Position numbers and translations under genes: made by a program. From NCBI GenBank assembly GCA_050084515.1, contig CM114271.1, positions 39,184,001 to 39,248,000 on the forward strand: a stretch of DNA of 64,000 nucleotides. Direction: 5' to 3'. Each line of letters opens with the position of its first letter. The first letter of the stretch is position 1. Below, piece after piece: positions 25,903 through 38,266 of this stretch. The stretch comes from Blasia pusilla (Eukaryota). Under the pieces are notes generated by a model that saw only the letters and a list, made by a program, of their open reading frames with translations, ran no database searches and was not told the origin of the DNA.

Positions 25903-25957
25903 ATCCTTGGCAGGATTTGAACCTAGCCAGGCCTCCCACCAGTTGGGAGCCAAGGAT
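25903..25957 (-). ncRNA. Candidate tRNA-like structure, copy 1 (55 nt), in the transposase 3' region
   Basis: Minus strand: ATCCTTGG-CTCCCA ACTGG TGGGAG-GCCTGGC-TAGG TTCAAAT CCTG-CCAAGGAT, i.e. 8-bp closing stem, 6-bp hairpin and T-arm with canonical T-loop. Confidence 0.55.
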
Positions 25958-26041
25958 CTTACCCCTCCATAATACTTGAAGCTCCATGAAAAGCTCCAAG
26001 GTATTACAAAGGGTGCCCCCCTTCTCTCTTCCACCACTATC

Positions 26042-28051
26042 TCAAACATGTGGAATAGATGGACTTGTAGCATTCTCAACCTCATTTGTTGCTTCTATTG
26101 GAGGATCAATAATATACTTCTCAGGGTTCGAATAGACATATCTAAAGTTTGCAGAATTTTTCCAAAGTACTATTGATTCAACCAAGAGATCCTCAGTATC
26201 AGGTACTAGCCCCTTTAAGGAAATCCTAAGTACAGCATCCAAATGTTTTGTCATCAATCTATTACGACTTTTAGTCTTAATAGTATTCTGAATAGAGAAA
26301 GCTCTCTCACAAATAGTTGTACTCACACATTGTACTCTAGCAATATTAGCTAACACAAGTATGTTATAAAACTTACATTGCAAAGATGGACTCCAACTTA
26401 CCATAGCCCACAAGTCTCGAAAGTTTCGGTCTTTCCACTCAGTTGTGGACATGAGCTTGAATGATTGAAATTCATGTTTCACTCCTCCAGGGTTTATAAG
26501 AGCGGGCTGCAAATGACCCCTCAGTGGTAGTACCACTCCAAAATGTGCACATAACTCATCTACCTCCTTACAACCCCAACTATTCAGCCCTACTTGCCTT
26601 GAAGGCATGTGAAGAGGATTCAATACCCTCATTGCACCAATCAAATTGTTATCTTTAAACTGGTCATGTAAACCTGCACATACACTCTCTGAAAAATTCT
26701 TTTGAAAGGTTAAAGCAGATTCCAAGTCCTATCCCGTCCTTAAGTTTGCAAGAATTGACAAAATATCAGCCAGAAAATACAATTGGTAGATCATTTGAAA
26801 TGATCTCAACCTGTTGTATAGATTAGTAGCATTACCATCATCCTCGGAAGGCAAAATATCCCTGAAATACCTAAGAACAGATTCCAATGAATCACACAAT
26901 GTAATCACTGCTTGCCAACATGACAACCAACGAATTTTATGATACCTTTTCATAACCCTCTGGGAGTCATTGAGTTTCTCTTGCAATGTTGCAAGAGCAC
27001 ACTTCCTCTTGGAAGATCTCCTAAAGTATCCAGCTACAGCATTCAAGATGGAGTCTATATCTCTTGATGTCTCCTTGCAAGTTGGTGTTTTGGCTGCTGT
27101 CAAAGTAGCCAAATTGGTCCTATGTGCTACACAATGCACAGAGAGCAAAAAGGGGTTTATCTTCTGCTTCAGCTGAGAGGCTACCCCATTTTGACTTCCA
27201 ACCATGGTTGAGGCTCCGTCAGAGCCAAAAGCTACCATTTTTGTACTCTCAAGCCCTGAATCCTTTATCAACTCCAAAAGAGTACTAGTAATAGCATTGG
27301 AGCACTTCTGTGGACATTGCATCAATCCTAGAAATGAACTCTGAACCTGGCCCTCTTCTACAAACGTTACAAATACAACCAAGTGCCCTGTTACAGAAAT
27401 ATCCGTGGATTCATCTATCATAATCCCAAAAAAAGGAGACTTCTGCACTTTACTAAGGGTCCTTCTGAGAAGAACTTGGCTGATGTAAAAGCACACATCA
27501 GCACAGCTCTTCTCATCCTGGTACAACTCTCTGGTCAATGGGGCATTCACAGAACACAACAACTTACACAAATTTGGGAATTTCACCAAAGGCAAGGCTT
27601 CCCTTGCAATGAAATATGCAGACTTAAATAAAGTCAATAAAGCTACATCACAAGTTCGATTAGTAGTTGCGATGGCCTTGGCCATGGACCTGTTCCCTAT
27701 GTTAGCAGCCCAAGAGAGCTTCATATGCTCATTCGATTTGCCATGATCTGTGAAGGCCGAGACCTTACAGTTTATGGCACCGTCCCTTGCAAACGAGCTC
27801 TTACCCTTTCCCTGTCTACAAACTTTGCTGAAAATCCTACCGCTTTCTACATGAAATTCTATCCAATCAAATAGAGAGTACCACATGTCCTTCCATGCAT
27901 GTCGATTCTTATCGGCTATGCTTCCCAAAGGTCCATTGGATTTATCTACTTCCTTCCCATTTGATGAGCCTGACCTGCTTGACTCTTCTGAAAATAATTG
28001 ACTACAATCTTTGTACAACATCTCACTCATAGTTCTCTGTCTCTTGGCCAT
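26042..28051 (-). pseudogene. Disrupted hAT transposase (ZNF862-like; DUF4371 + hAT C-terminal dimerisation region)
   Basis: Motifs FFGIMIDESTDIS, FGSDGASTMVG, VHCVAHRTNLA, IRWLS, VSTTICERAFS..N.IKTKSRNRL. In-frame TAG at 26729-26731 (...ANLRTG*DLESAL...). No introns needed in the coding part. Confidence 0.9.
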
Positions 28052-30126
28052 CTGAAGATGATGTCTCACCCTCCCCCCTTCCCCTCTCTATGTCAAGTCA
28101 CAATCTAGAACCTAACCCTAAACCAGAATAGAACAGGTACATTTTCACTACCTTGAACTAAAGAAACATGCGGCCATGAGACCAAAGGCAACAAGGAGAG
28201 TTGTGGCCTAAAGGCAACCCCTTCTTCTTTACAATGATAATAAGTGCAGCAAATGAACGACCCTAAACTCTACTCATGCGAAAAAAAACTCAAATCCGGC
28301 TCATGCAAGACTGCAAGTGCACAAATCAGCACGATGCAATCTCGGTTGCTAGTGGAAGCAAGTAGTGTAAACCAAGCTGTTGAATAAATACGCCGAACAT
28401 TCAAACTCGGTACGAAAGCAACTCAGGCAATGAAAACCAGCAAACAATGGAGGCCTTGTAGGGAAATGATTCACCCGAGCTCTAGGGTTTAGAAGCCAAG
28501 AACAATACAAAGAAGAATAGAAGAAGACATGAACAAGAGACGTTCCCAAGAACAATAGCGGCTCTGCAATGTAGACCCCAGGGCGGATTGAAACTGTGAC
28601 AGTCCGCGGGCAAGAATATGATGTGAGGCGGGCAAAAACTACTGCAGGCAAGAGTTGTGACAGTTTGCAGGCAAGAAAACGATGCAAAGCGGGCATAAAT
28701 CTGCAGCAAGTGTTAAAGAAAAGATGAGAGTCGCGAGAAGAAATGAGGAGTTACGGGTGAGAAAAATATGTGAGGTGGGCAGTGCCAAGCACCACCGCAG
28801 GCAAGAGTCGCAAGACACAAACTGTCACAAAGACGAGCAAAAAGAAGTTGAGTCGAGAGTAGCTAGACCCAAACTGTCACAAAGAAGAGCGAAAAGGTGC
28901 CAAAAACGTGAGGAGTCGAGGGCCCATGAGCTCTCAGGGGCGGAGTCTACACACTGGATGAGGGCGACGAGATGAAGTGCGAGACTCCAAGAGTCCGAGC
29001 CTGTTTGATGTCTAACGATTCTTACGAAGAGAATCCGGCCCGCAGGCTGGAGCAATCCAAGGGCGAAGCCGAGGCCCGAGAGGACGAGTGAGGCGGGAGC
29101 CGCGGGACGCAGGAGGCCGTGAGCGAAGGTGCAAAGTTGCAGCAATGCAGACTAACCAATGAGGCCCCGCATCCAAGTACCCCCAAATGCCCTAGCAGCC
29201 CCGACCCCAACTCCACGAGTGCAATCCCACAAGTCGACTCAGTCGAGTGACTCGACTCTCGACTCTCCACTTGCGGCTTGCCCCCAAGGCCCCTAACAGC
29301 AGCCGCTGCATCCCTACTATGGAGGGAGGAGATGTGTTCAGGCCTCTCATCTGACAGTTGGGGTGGATAGTCTGTTTTTCGGTACCCAAAAGTCCCCCCC
29401 GGAAAATTCAGACATGCTGAAAATCGTTGCCAAAAGAAAGCCGACCAGTTTGTCCGGGAAACCTGATATTTCCGCCATGTCTCCACCATGAACAGGGAAA
29501 TACGGGCAACAAAAACACATGCACGGCCAGTTTCCGAGCGGGGTGGCAAGTTAGTCGGAAACCTAGCCGGAAATTCTCATTTTCAACCGGCCAGGTATAC
29601 TCGTGGCCCCGGTTCTATGCGTTCATTGCTCGCAACTCGGCGAGGAGCCACTCCAAAGCTACCACGTGCGCCTGCAACGAGCATTCTTTGTCATGCCAAT
29701 CGGGAATATTTCCGGATTCCCCATCCAATTAGCGACGATTTGGATAAACGCGATCGAGGAAATACAATTTCTATGTAAAAGTGGAAAAATCCGGCAAGAT
29801 TTGGGAACTTGCCGACCAGGCTTCATGGTCGAGGGAAAATGACCAAATCGGCAGGTTGATTTAGAGCTGAGACTAGCGGATTCGGTCATTTCAGCGCCAG
29901 ACCTGCCGATCCAGTAACTTTTCCAAACCATCGCACGCCCCTGATTTCCGCAAAGACTTGCGGCTGCTCCAAAGTCCCGCGCAGCGCTATACGACAGACT
30001 AATCAAAAGTGAAAGCTTCTCATTTGTCCTTTCATGCATTATATTCATTTTATTGATGAGTTTCCAGAGTTTCCAGAATTGATGGCTTTGGAATGTAGGT
30101 TTTTGTAATGGAATCTATGTAGTAAC

Positions 30127-30477
30127 CGGAGACGACACACTAGCGTTTCTTGCGAACGCTTGTCACCTTACCGAAATGTACCTGGTGGACATATTGATGG
30201 CAAAGGCATGGGAAAAAGCCCTCTTCCGAACCTCATAAAGCTCGATTTGGAGGCGTTTCGGTCATTTTCCCACGCTTTCGCAATTTGTGTCCCATCGGAA
30301 GGCCTCCACGCCTTTCCAGCCGATCGGGTTGTTGGGCAAATCGAGCTTTCTGAGGTTCGGAAGAGGGCTTTTGCCCATGCCTTTGCCATCATCGCCGATG
30401 TAGTTGTCCACCAGGTCAGGTGAGTCATGTGACAAGCGTTCCAAGCGTTCGCAAGAAACGCTAGTCTGTCGTCTCCG
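30127..30477. repeat. Inverted duplication of leucine-rich-repeat coding sequence (arms 30127-30249 and 30337-30477)
   Basis: Arms align as CGGAGACGACA(C/G)ACTAGCGTTTCTTGCGAACGCTTG...ACCTGGTGGACA...GATGGCAAAGGCATGGG(A/C)AAAAGCCCTCTTCCGAACCTCA(T/G)AAAGCTCGATTTG. The minus strand encodes DLVDNYIGDDG...LPNLRKLDLPNNPIGWKGVEAF (RI-like LRR). Confidence 0.85.
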
Positions 30478-30497
30478 TGCGGGCTCCTTGATCGGCG

Positions 30498-31464
30498 ATG
30501 ATGCGGGAATGTGGGCTGGAAAGGTGTGGAGGCGTTTCGGTCATTTTCCCGAACCCTCTTCTCACGGTCAATCTCAACTTGGACTGGCCCCGCAAATTCC
30601 TCAAAGCGGAGGCCGAAGCATTCAAGGAGTCCAACTTGGGGCTGCAGCACGAGAGTCCTTTCACGCGAATTCTCAAGAAAAACATCCTCGTGCGAAGCGT
30701 GAATCCCAAAGGATCCCACCGGGAGAAGGCGGAGTGGTTGTATCCCACAATGTACTTACTACGCGAAACCCCCAGACTCTCGGGACGTTTCGATGTCCTG
30801 TGCGGACTATCGCCCAGTGAGAAAACGGTGGTGTTGGGTACGAAAGAGGGCCGACCCCAGGAGGATCCCAAACAACCCAAGAAGGAACCAATGCCGAGGC
30901 TACCTCCGGTCGGGAGGGTCTTTCTTCGCTGTGAATGCCCGTATGCGAAGTCAAAGCGGACACAAGCAAACGAGTTGGAAGCAGAGCAAGCAAAGCAAGG
31001 CTGAAGGCCACCCCACATTCCCGCAACGCGCGGAAGGCATGCCGATCAAGGAGCCCTTCCGATGGGGACGCAAATCGCCAATTGTGAGCCAAAAATTCAA
31101 GAATGAGTCCGGAGATCGTGGAGTGGTGCTCAGGCCCCTGTACATCACCTCCGGAAAAATCTACAACCTAGAGAATGAACACCCGTCCAGTTTCCGGAAA
31201 TCCAAGAAGAAGCAAGAGACCATCACCATACACAAGGAGCTCATGATGCTTGCAGAACTCAGACCCGATTCGTTCTTCAAAATGTTCGACCTCAGACGCG
31301 TACTGTTCATATTATGGAACAAGAACTACTCGGCCAAGTGGATATGCCCACACTGCATTGAATTGCACAGTTACGAAGTACTTCCTATCCTCTCACCCGA
31401 GGAACTTGAAAACAGCCTCACTCTGCGTACTCAATCAGAGGAGAGCTCGGAAATAAGGCGTTGA
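30498..31464 (+). other. Two overlapping intronless orphan ORFs (30498-31004, 30793-31464), possibly fragments of decayed foreign genes
   Basis: Protein-like stretches (e.g. HKELMMLAELRPDSFFKMFDLRRVLFILWNKNYSAKWICPHCIELHSYEVLP) in CpG-rich DNA directly following LRR fragments. No family recognised. Confidence 0.35.
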
Positions 31465-32516
31465 CGGATTCCCTGGGGACCCATGTGGTATTCAATCAAT
31501 TTTTTTCACTCAGTAGCAGGCCAATTCTTACAATCTCTACTAGGGTTGTTACGCTTGACGGACTGTGCTCTCGACTTGCTCCTCGCAAGAACCAGTGCAG
31601 ATGTGACGTTCACAACGACAACGATTCCCTGAGTAGTGGACACGAGTAATTCCTCCTTCACTTCTTCTCTGGAAGCGAGCAATTGCAACGGAATCGTAGT
31701 GCGCCGCACTCTCCGCGGATAATCTCATTCATCTAGAAGATAGGGCCGCAAACAGATTTGCACTTCGCTCCACATTGTGAACTTTTCTTCTTTTTTTGGC
31801 CCTTTTCCTCACTCACGTTGAGATTTTCATCAGCGACCCCTTTCTTCAGGTTTGTACGCAGGCAGGAAAGCGATCTTTCACGACGCCATCTCTTCCCATC
31901 GCGCCTTGTTGCAGGAGCGCTTGGCCCGCAGCCAAAGTCCAGAAACCTTCAAGAGAGCTTCGCGCATGGGAGGAGGGTCCATGCTTTCATCTCCAAGAGA
32001 TTCTTCGAAGGCATTGCAGTTCCGTGCATTGGATCCCTTCGAGTCTGAGTCGATAGTCATATTGTAGAGTTAGGAAACCTCGAGGATACCAAGAACTCAC
32101 GGGGCAGGGACAGAAGAGAGAAGAGGAAACACATCATGATTATCAATCATAACATCAATGATTCCGTTTCATTTGAATCGAATGTGCTGCCTATTACGGC
32201 AAATGAAAAAGATGGACGATCAATCAGGGAACGTCAAATAGAGAGTGAGCAAATTAGTTCAAGAGTACCAGCCGATGCAGGTGCATCTGAAGACCTCCAT
32301 AGGTTCGTCAGTAAGTAGACGATTCACTCGAGATGGGAATCGCAAGCGCGATAATCGATCGACAAGTCATGTACCGAACGGAGGAGGTTCTTTTATTTTA
32401 CGAGAAAAGAAGAAGCGCAAGTTTCTTCATGTCTAATGAGGCTCTCTTCCTGGCTTCTCTTTCCATCAACGTCTCTGTCTCTGAACCAGAAACGACAAGG
32501 ATTAAGTATATACGAT

Positions 32517-32788
32517 CGACTCGGTCCCATGGGGTCGTCCGACCTTCGTTATTTTCTTCTAGCCGGTTTTTAATGGGTGTAACAAAGTCGCATATATTAA
32601 CGCCCTATGTTCTAGTTGTGCAAATTCTGTTCAATTCCCATGAATCTCATCCGTCGCATCAACCAAGATCCGAAACCGTGGGACCCGGTCCTGACGACCT
32701 CGGCCGCATGGGACTGGGTCCTGATCCGAAACCGTGGGACCCCGTCCTGGCGACATCCTGACGACCTCGGCCGCATGGGACCAGGTCC
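32517..32788. mobile_element. Tourist/PIF-Harbinger-like MITE with internal tandem duplication; inverted homolog at 40092-40302
   Basis: Ends ATGGGACCAGGTCC followed by TAA; degenerate left end GACTCGGTCCCATGGGG. Internal blocks (CGACCTTCGTTA, ATCAACCAAGATCC) match the reverse complement of 40092-40302. Confidence 0.65.
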
Positions 32789-33075
32789 TAAGAGTAGAGC
32801 CCGGAGTGAAGGGAGTATTCATGAACTATTCATGTTACACAAAAATTTAAAAAAAATTGTCTACCCCTGTAATATGAGGAAACGTAATATAGTCCTACCT
32901 AAGGTGTCACGTGTCAAGTAGAGAGCTCATAGACTTTGTGAATTAAGAAGGCACTCTCCAATAAAGATTTAGATTAGGGAAAATAATGTTATTCAAAATT
33001 TGGAAATCCTAATGGAGGCACTCACGAATGGTGTTATGGAAGGAAAGTCATGAAGTTCATCTTGTCATTACTACA

Positions 33076-33578
33076 TTTGTGTTTATCTTACATACCACTT
33101 ACTTGAAGTGTCTAAAGCTAAGACTAAAGCTTGTTTCCGAGTCGCAAAAGCCGCAACTTACCCACAATATGGTTGCAAAGGACTCACAAATTTACGAGTC
33201 CTATACTTGCAAACTTGAGAATGAGACTCACAAATTACAACCGCAATGCACCTCAAACGTTTTGTTTTTCTTACACTTGCAAGACAGATGCAGTTTAGTT
33301 ACAGTTCAAGAACCACTCATAATATTTTGTGTTCATCTTGCATACCACTTAGTTGTAGTGTCTAAAGTTAAGCCTAAAGCTTCTTTTCGAGTCGCAAAAG
33401 CCGCAACTTACCCACAATATGGTTGCAAAGGACTCACAACTTTGCGAGTCATATACTTGCAAACGTGAGAGTGAGACTCACAAATTACAACTACAATGCA
33501 CCTCAAACCTTTTGTTTTCTTACACTTGCAAGACACGTGCAGTTTAGTTACAGTTAAAGAACCAGTCATAATATTTTG
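33076..33578. repeat. Tandem duplication, period 250 bp, two copies
   Basis: CATACCACTTA at 33091 and 33341; long identical blocks such as GAGTCGCAAAAGCCGCAACTTACCCACAATATGGTTGCAAAGGACTCACAA. Confidence 0.92.
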
Positions 33579-36109
33579 GAAATATTACGAGTGTGAGTAA
33601 TATTAAATAAGTAGCAGAAAATGACTCACAATTCACTTGCCTCACCTTGTATCCCCACAAGGTTAGGCAAGGCTTCCACAAAACTTCCAAAAAAGCTCAA
33701 AGTCCTTTACCTTTGCTTGTATCCACACAAGGGGAGATGAGATGGTTTTGTGAGAGAAAGATTCAGTAGTCTAAGCCAAAGTTTAGATGAATTAAAGGTT
33801 GATTAGCAGAGCTCCCATGGGAGGTTGAAGAAATTCTTCTTATAACATACCCTTTGGAATTGAGTAGTTGAGACACAATGGTAGTCATAGTGAGTGTTTG
33901 TACATGTGAAATTTGATTCACATGACAAGATTGCTCATACAATCTTGAGTCAAATTCAAAACAATTCAGAGTGAGGATCCAAACCGAAATCTTTTCTCTT
34001 TCTTATGAGAGATTCAGTCTCACTACGTTCCACAAGCTCTTGTGGAATTTAAGGTCCACGAGCTTTTTGTATACAAAGTTTTGTGAAGAATCAAATTTGT
34101 ATTCAAGTAAATCCGGACCCTGGTCCATTCATACTAGTATATATACGTGTTTTCTTAGCCTTCCTTTGACAGGTAGGTAACATAAGATCATAAAGTCTTT
34201 TTGGTTAGAAGCTGGATGAAAGTTTCAAGTAGCATGTGTATAAATGTAATTGGGAAATTACGTACAGACTGTCTATCTGGTAACTTACAGGTATACAGTT
34301 CACTTAACTTGAGGGTTGTTTGCTTGATTTGTGGCTGAGGAAGTGAAATCTTTTCCATTTGAAAGAATCTTTTGTTCAGGTGATAGTCTTGTGTTCTTCC
34401 ATTCAGACTATCTAGTGAGGTTGCATTTCATTGCATTGAAGTCTACCATTTCCTTCTGCGCTTCACGTATCCTTCTTCCTTCTACATGCCCACTTTCTTT
34501 GTAACATGAAGCCCTAACAGGAGATTATGTTTTGATTAGAGTTTCTATAACTGTTCTTATGATGATTTTCAAAGTATAGTTCAGTTCTTGTCCCTGGAGA
34601 CAACCGTTATTTACTTTTCTTGACAAAGAAGGTGGTTTTGCTCTTTCTTATTCCACTTTCGAAGCTTATTTCAGTTATTAATTTGATTTTTCCTCATGCT
34701 GTCCACTAGAAGTGCTTCAAATATCATCTCTGCGATTCCCAATGACCAGATTCTCGACGTAAAAGTCGTACGGGACAAACAACCTGCACGCACTGTCCAT
34801 TCGACATGATCCAGAAAGCTTACACTGACACGGTACAGGATCCGGGGCGGGCGTGGGTGTGAGATGTTAGTGGTAATTTAACGTAACGTAGGTCAAGTTA
34901 TAATCCACTTCATTAGACCTAATATTAACACTTCGAGCGTTCTGACTTTCGTACCATCAACACTTCGAGCGTTGTAACTGATAACATTGTAAGTATTCCT
35001 AAAAATGCGTACGTAAGTTAATAAAACGTCATTTGTATCGTCAAATTTTAGACTTCTAGAAATACACCTCTAGCTCAACATCCAGCTTATTTTCACAACT
35101 ACCAACAAAATGACTTGCAAAACTAGTTACTTGGAAGTTACAACCGTTAATTTCCATGCTTGATCAAGTCGAATCATCAAAGCAGCTCCTTCGGTGCACC
35201 GTGGACCAGTCTATACTCGGTGGGGAAGTCTCAAGGCTACATGCTAGATTTGCAGATGCTTTCATCTTACAATACGTCATTTATCACCGTCACTTGGGTC
35301 TTTTACATCCATGCGTAGGGATGCGTCTGTTCACTCACATTCAGACATTAGCACAATGACAACAGGTTTCACTTCACTCACTTCATACATGAGCAAAGCT
35401 ACAGTAAAGCTGTCCCACAGGTTTCACGTAGTGCTACAGCTTGCACAGAATGACCTGCTTGTCACCTGGGGTTCAGGATATGGTGAGAAAGATTGCAGAT
35501 AGCTCGACATTGTAAGCGATGTTTTTCAGCAACCATTCAACAATTCATGTTGAATAAGGCAGGCATAACATTCAAGGGGACAAACTCGGAAATAACCCAT
35601 GGAAGTCCATGACCATTCAGCAGAGTCTAAGTGCTCCATGCATAACTTGCAAAATCCAATCACACCTGTACTAGCTAAAACAAGAGGTGGATTCAGGGGT
35701 GAAGAACATGACTTTAATTCTCAGCGACCGTAACATAACGCACAACGCAGTAGCTGGACAGTATTTACCCAACAAACTACAGACTGAGGTGTGGCCTAAC
35801 GTGGTCCAGACGTTTCTTACGAGATTCAGAATGAGCTCTTGAGCATCAATTGGGACCTCAAATACAGCCGTGAGACTACAAAATTGAGCCCCATTCAGAA
35901 TCATTACTCACTACGTGACGCAGTCTCCAGTGAAACTGCGTCCACGAGGAGTACGACTCTGCAGGTCGAATCCAAATGGGAGCAAACATTTAATAAAACT
36001 GCATGTGAGGCCTGTTCAAAGCACAATCCGCTCGGCAGACATTCAAGTGATTCAAATAGTTACCCGAAATTTTCCATTGCTCATTAAGTAACCGCGCTTT
36101 AATCTCTAT

Positions 36110-37419
<1,310 letters not shown>

Positions 37420-37551
37420 GTTGGCAGAATTTCGAGAACCAGGCGAGCGCCTCGGATTTGCAGGAGAGAGAGATAGAAGCGCGCGTACGCAGGCGTGGAG
37501 CCGAGAGAAAGAAAGAGAGAGGGTGTCGGGAGCCTGAATTGCTTCAAAGGG

Positions 37552-37560
37552 ATTAGGGTT
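37552..37560 (-). promoter_or_regulatory. Telo-box-like element upstream of RPS13
   Basis: AACCCTAAT on the minus strand ~135 nt upstream of the ATG, next to a pyrimidine-rich tract. Telo-boxes are typical of plant ribosomal-protein genes. Confidence 0.55.
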
Positions 37561-38266
37561 GGAGCGCGACTCGACGAACCCTGCTCACGCGCTCCGTCAG
37601 ATGCTTGCCAATCGACGGTAAAGGCTCGACCACCGGAGAACATGCTTCCCTTCGACATCCCTAGACTACGGAAATATTGTGGATCGGGGAGAAAGGTGTA
37701 AGTTCATTTGTAAAATTATTAAATATTTACCAATTAAAATGGTTTTAATATCATCAAAAGCTAGTGGTAGTAAGAATATCATGGTTTTGTAGTAAAATCC
37801 TAAGAGGGCATGTTAAAAGTACTAACACGGATCGGAGAAGCATTGCAAGGGGGAGTAACACGGCGTGGAGAACATAAGAAAATGGACATGAGATAGCATG
37901 ACAGAAGAAATGCTATCGCGACATAGAGAGCGGTATGGAAGGCCGTAACACATCGTGGCATGGAGAAGGTGAAGAACATAAGAAAAAGGCCATGAGAGAA
38001 CAAAATTACTAACATGGAGTTAGTCAAAATGTTCTTATTATGGCTCACATCTCTATTCACATAGACGGTTGAGAAGTTAATTGTTGAATAATTTGCATTC
38101 TGCAATGTCCACTCAAAATTGATTGCACACCCAAATGTCACCATAAGAATACGCGGCAGCACAAGAGAGAGAATAGATTAATACAACCTAGTAGTTGGGG
38201 CCATGCATTCCCAGATTTTGAAAAAAAAGGAATTCTCATATGTCAATAAGATATGACTAATAAAAA

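Larger units (their letters stand above)
25302..29628 (-). mobile_element. hAT-superfamily DNA transposon (ZNF862-like transposase) with long TIRs: 25302-25456 (155 bp) and 29493-29628 (136 bp)
   Basis: Ends CAATGAACGCATAGAACCGGGGCCACG... and its reverse complement (fits the hAT YARNG terminus). TIRs are near-identical apart from a 19-bp indel and 2 substitutions. A transposase lies inside. No 8-bp TSD (ATTATAAC vs CTCGCAAC). Confidence 0.92.

Noticed and set aside
25768-25957. Canonical tRNA genes
   Set aside because: Only 55 nt, with no proper D-arm or 7-nt anticodon loop; kept as tRNA-like structures instead.
28349-29780. Several 75-175 aa ORFs in the hAT 5' region, suggesting a second gene
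   Set aside because: Overlapping on both strands in GC-rich subterminal/TIR DNA with no recognisable motifs.
29814-29826. GACCAGGCTTCAT, a 13-nt match to the miR166 core
   Set aside because: Both ends of the 21-mer mismatch and there is no miR166* arm; treated as chance.
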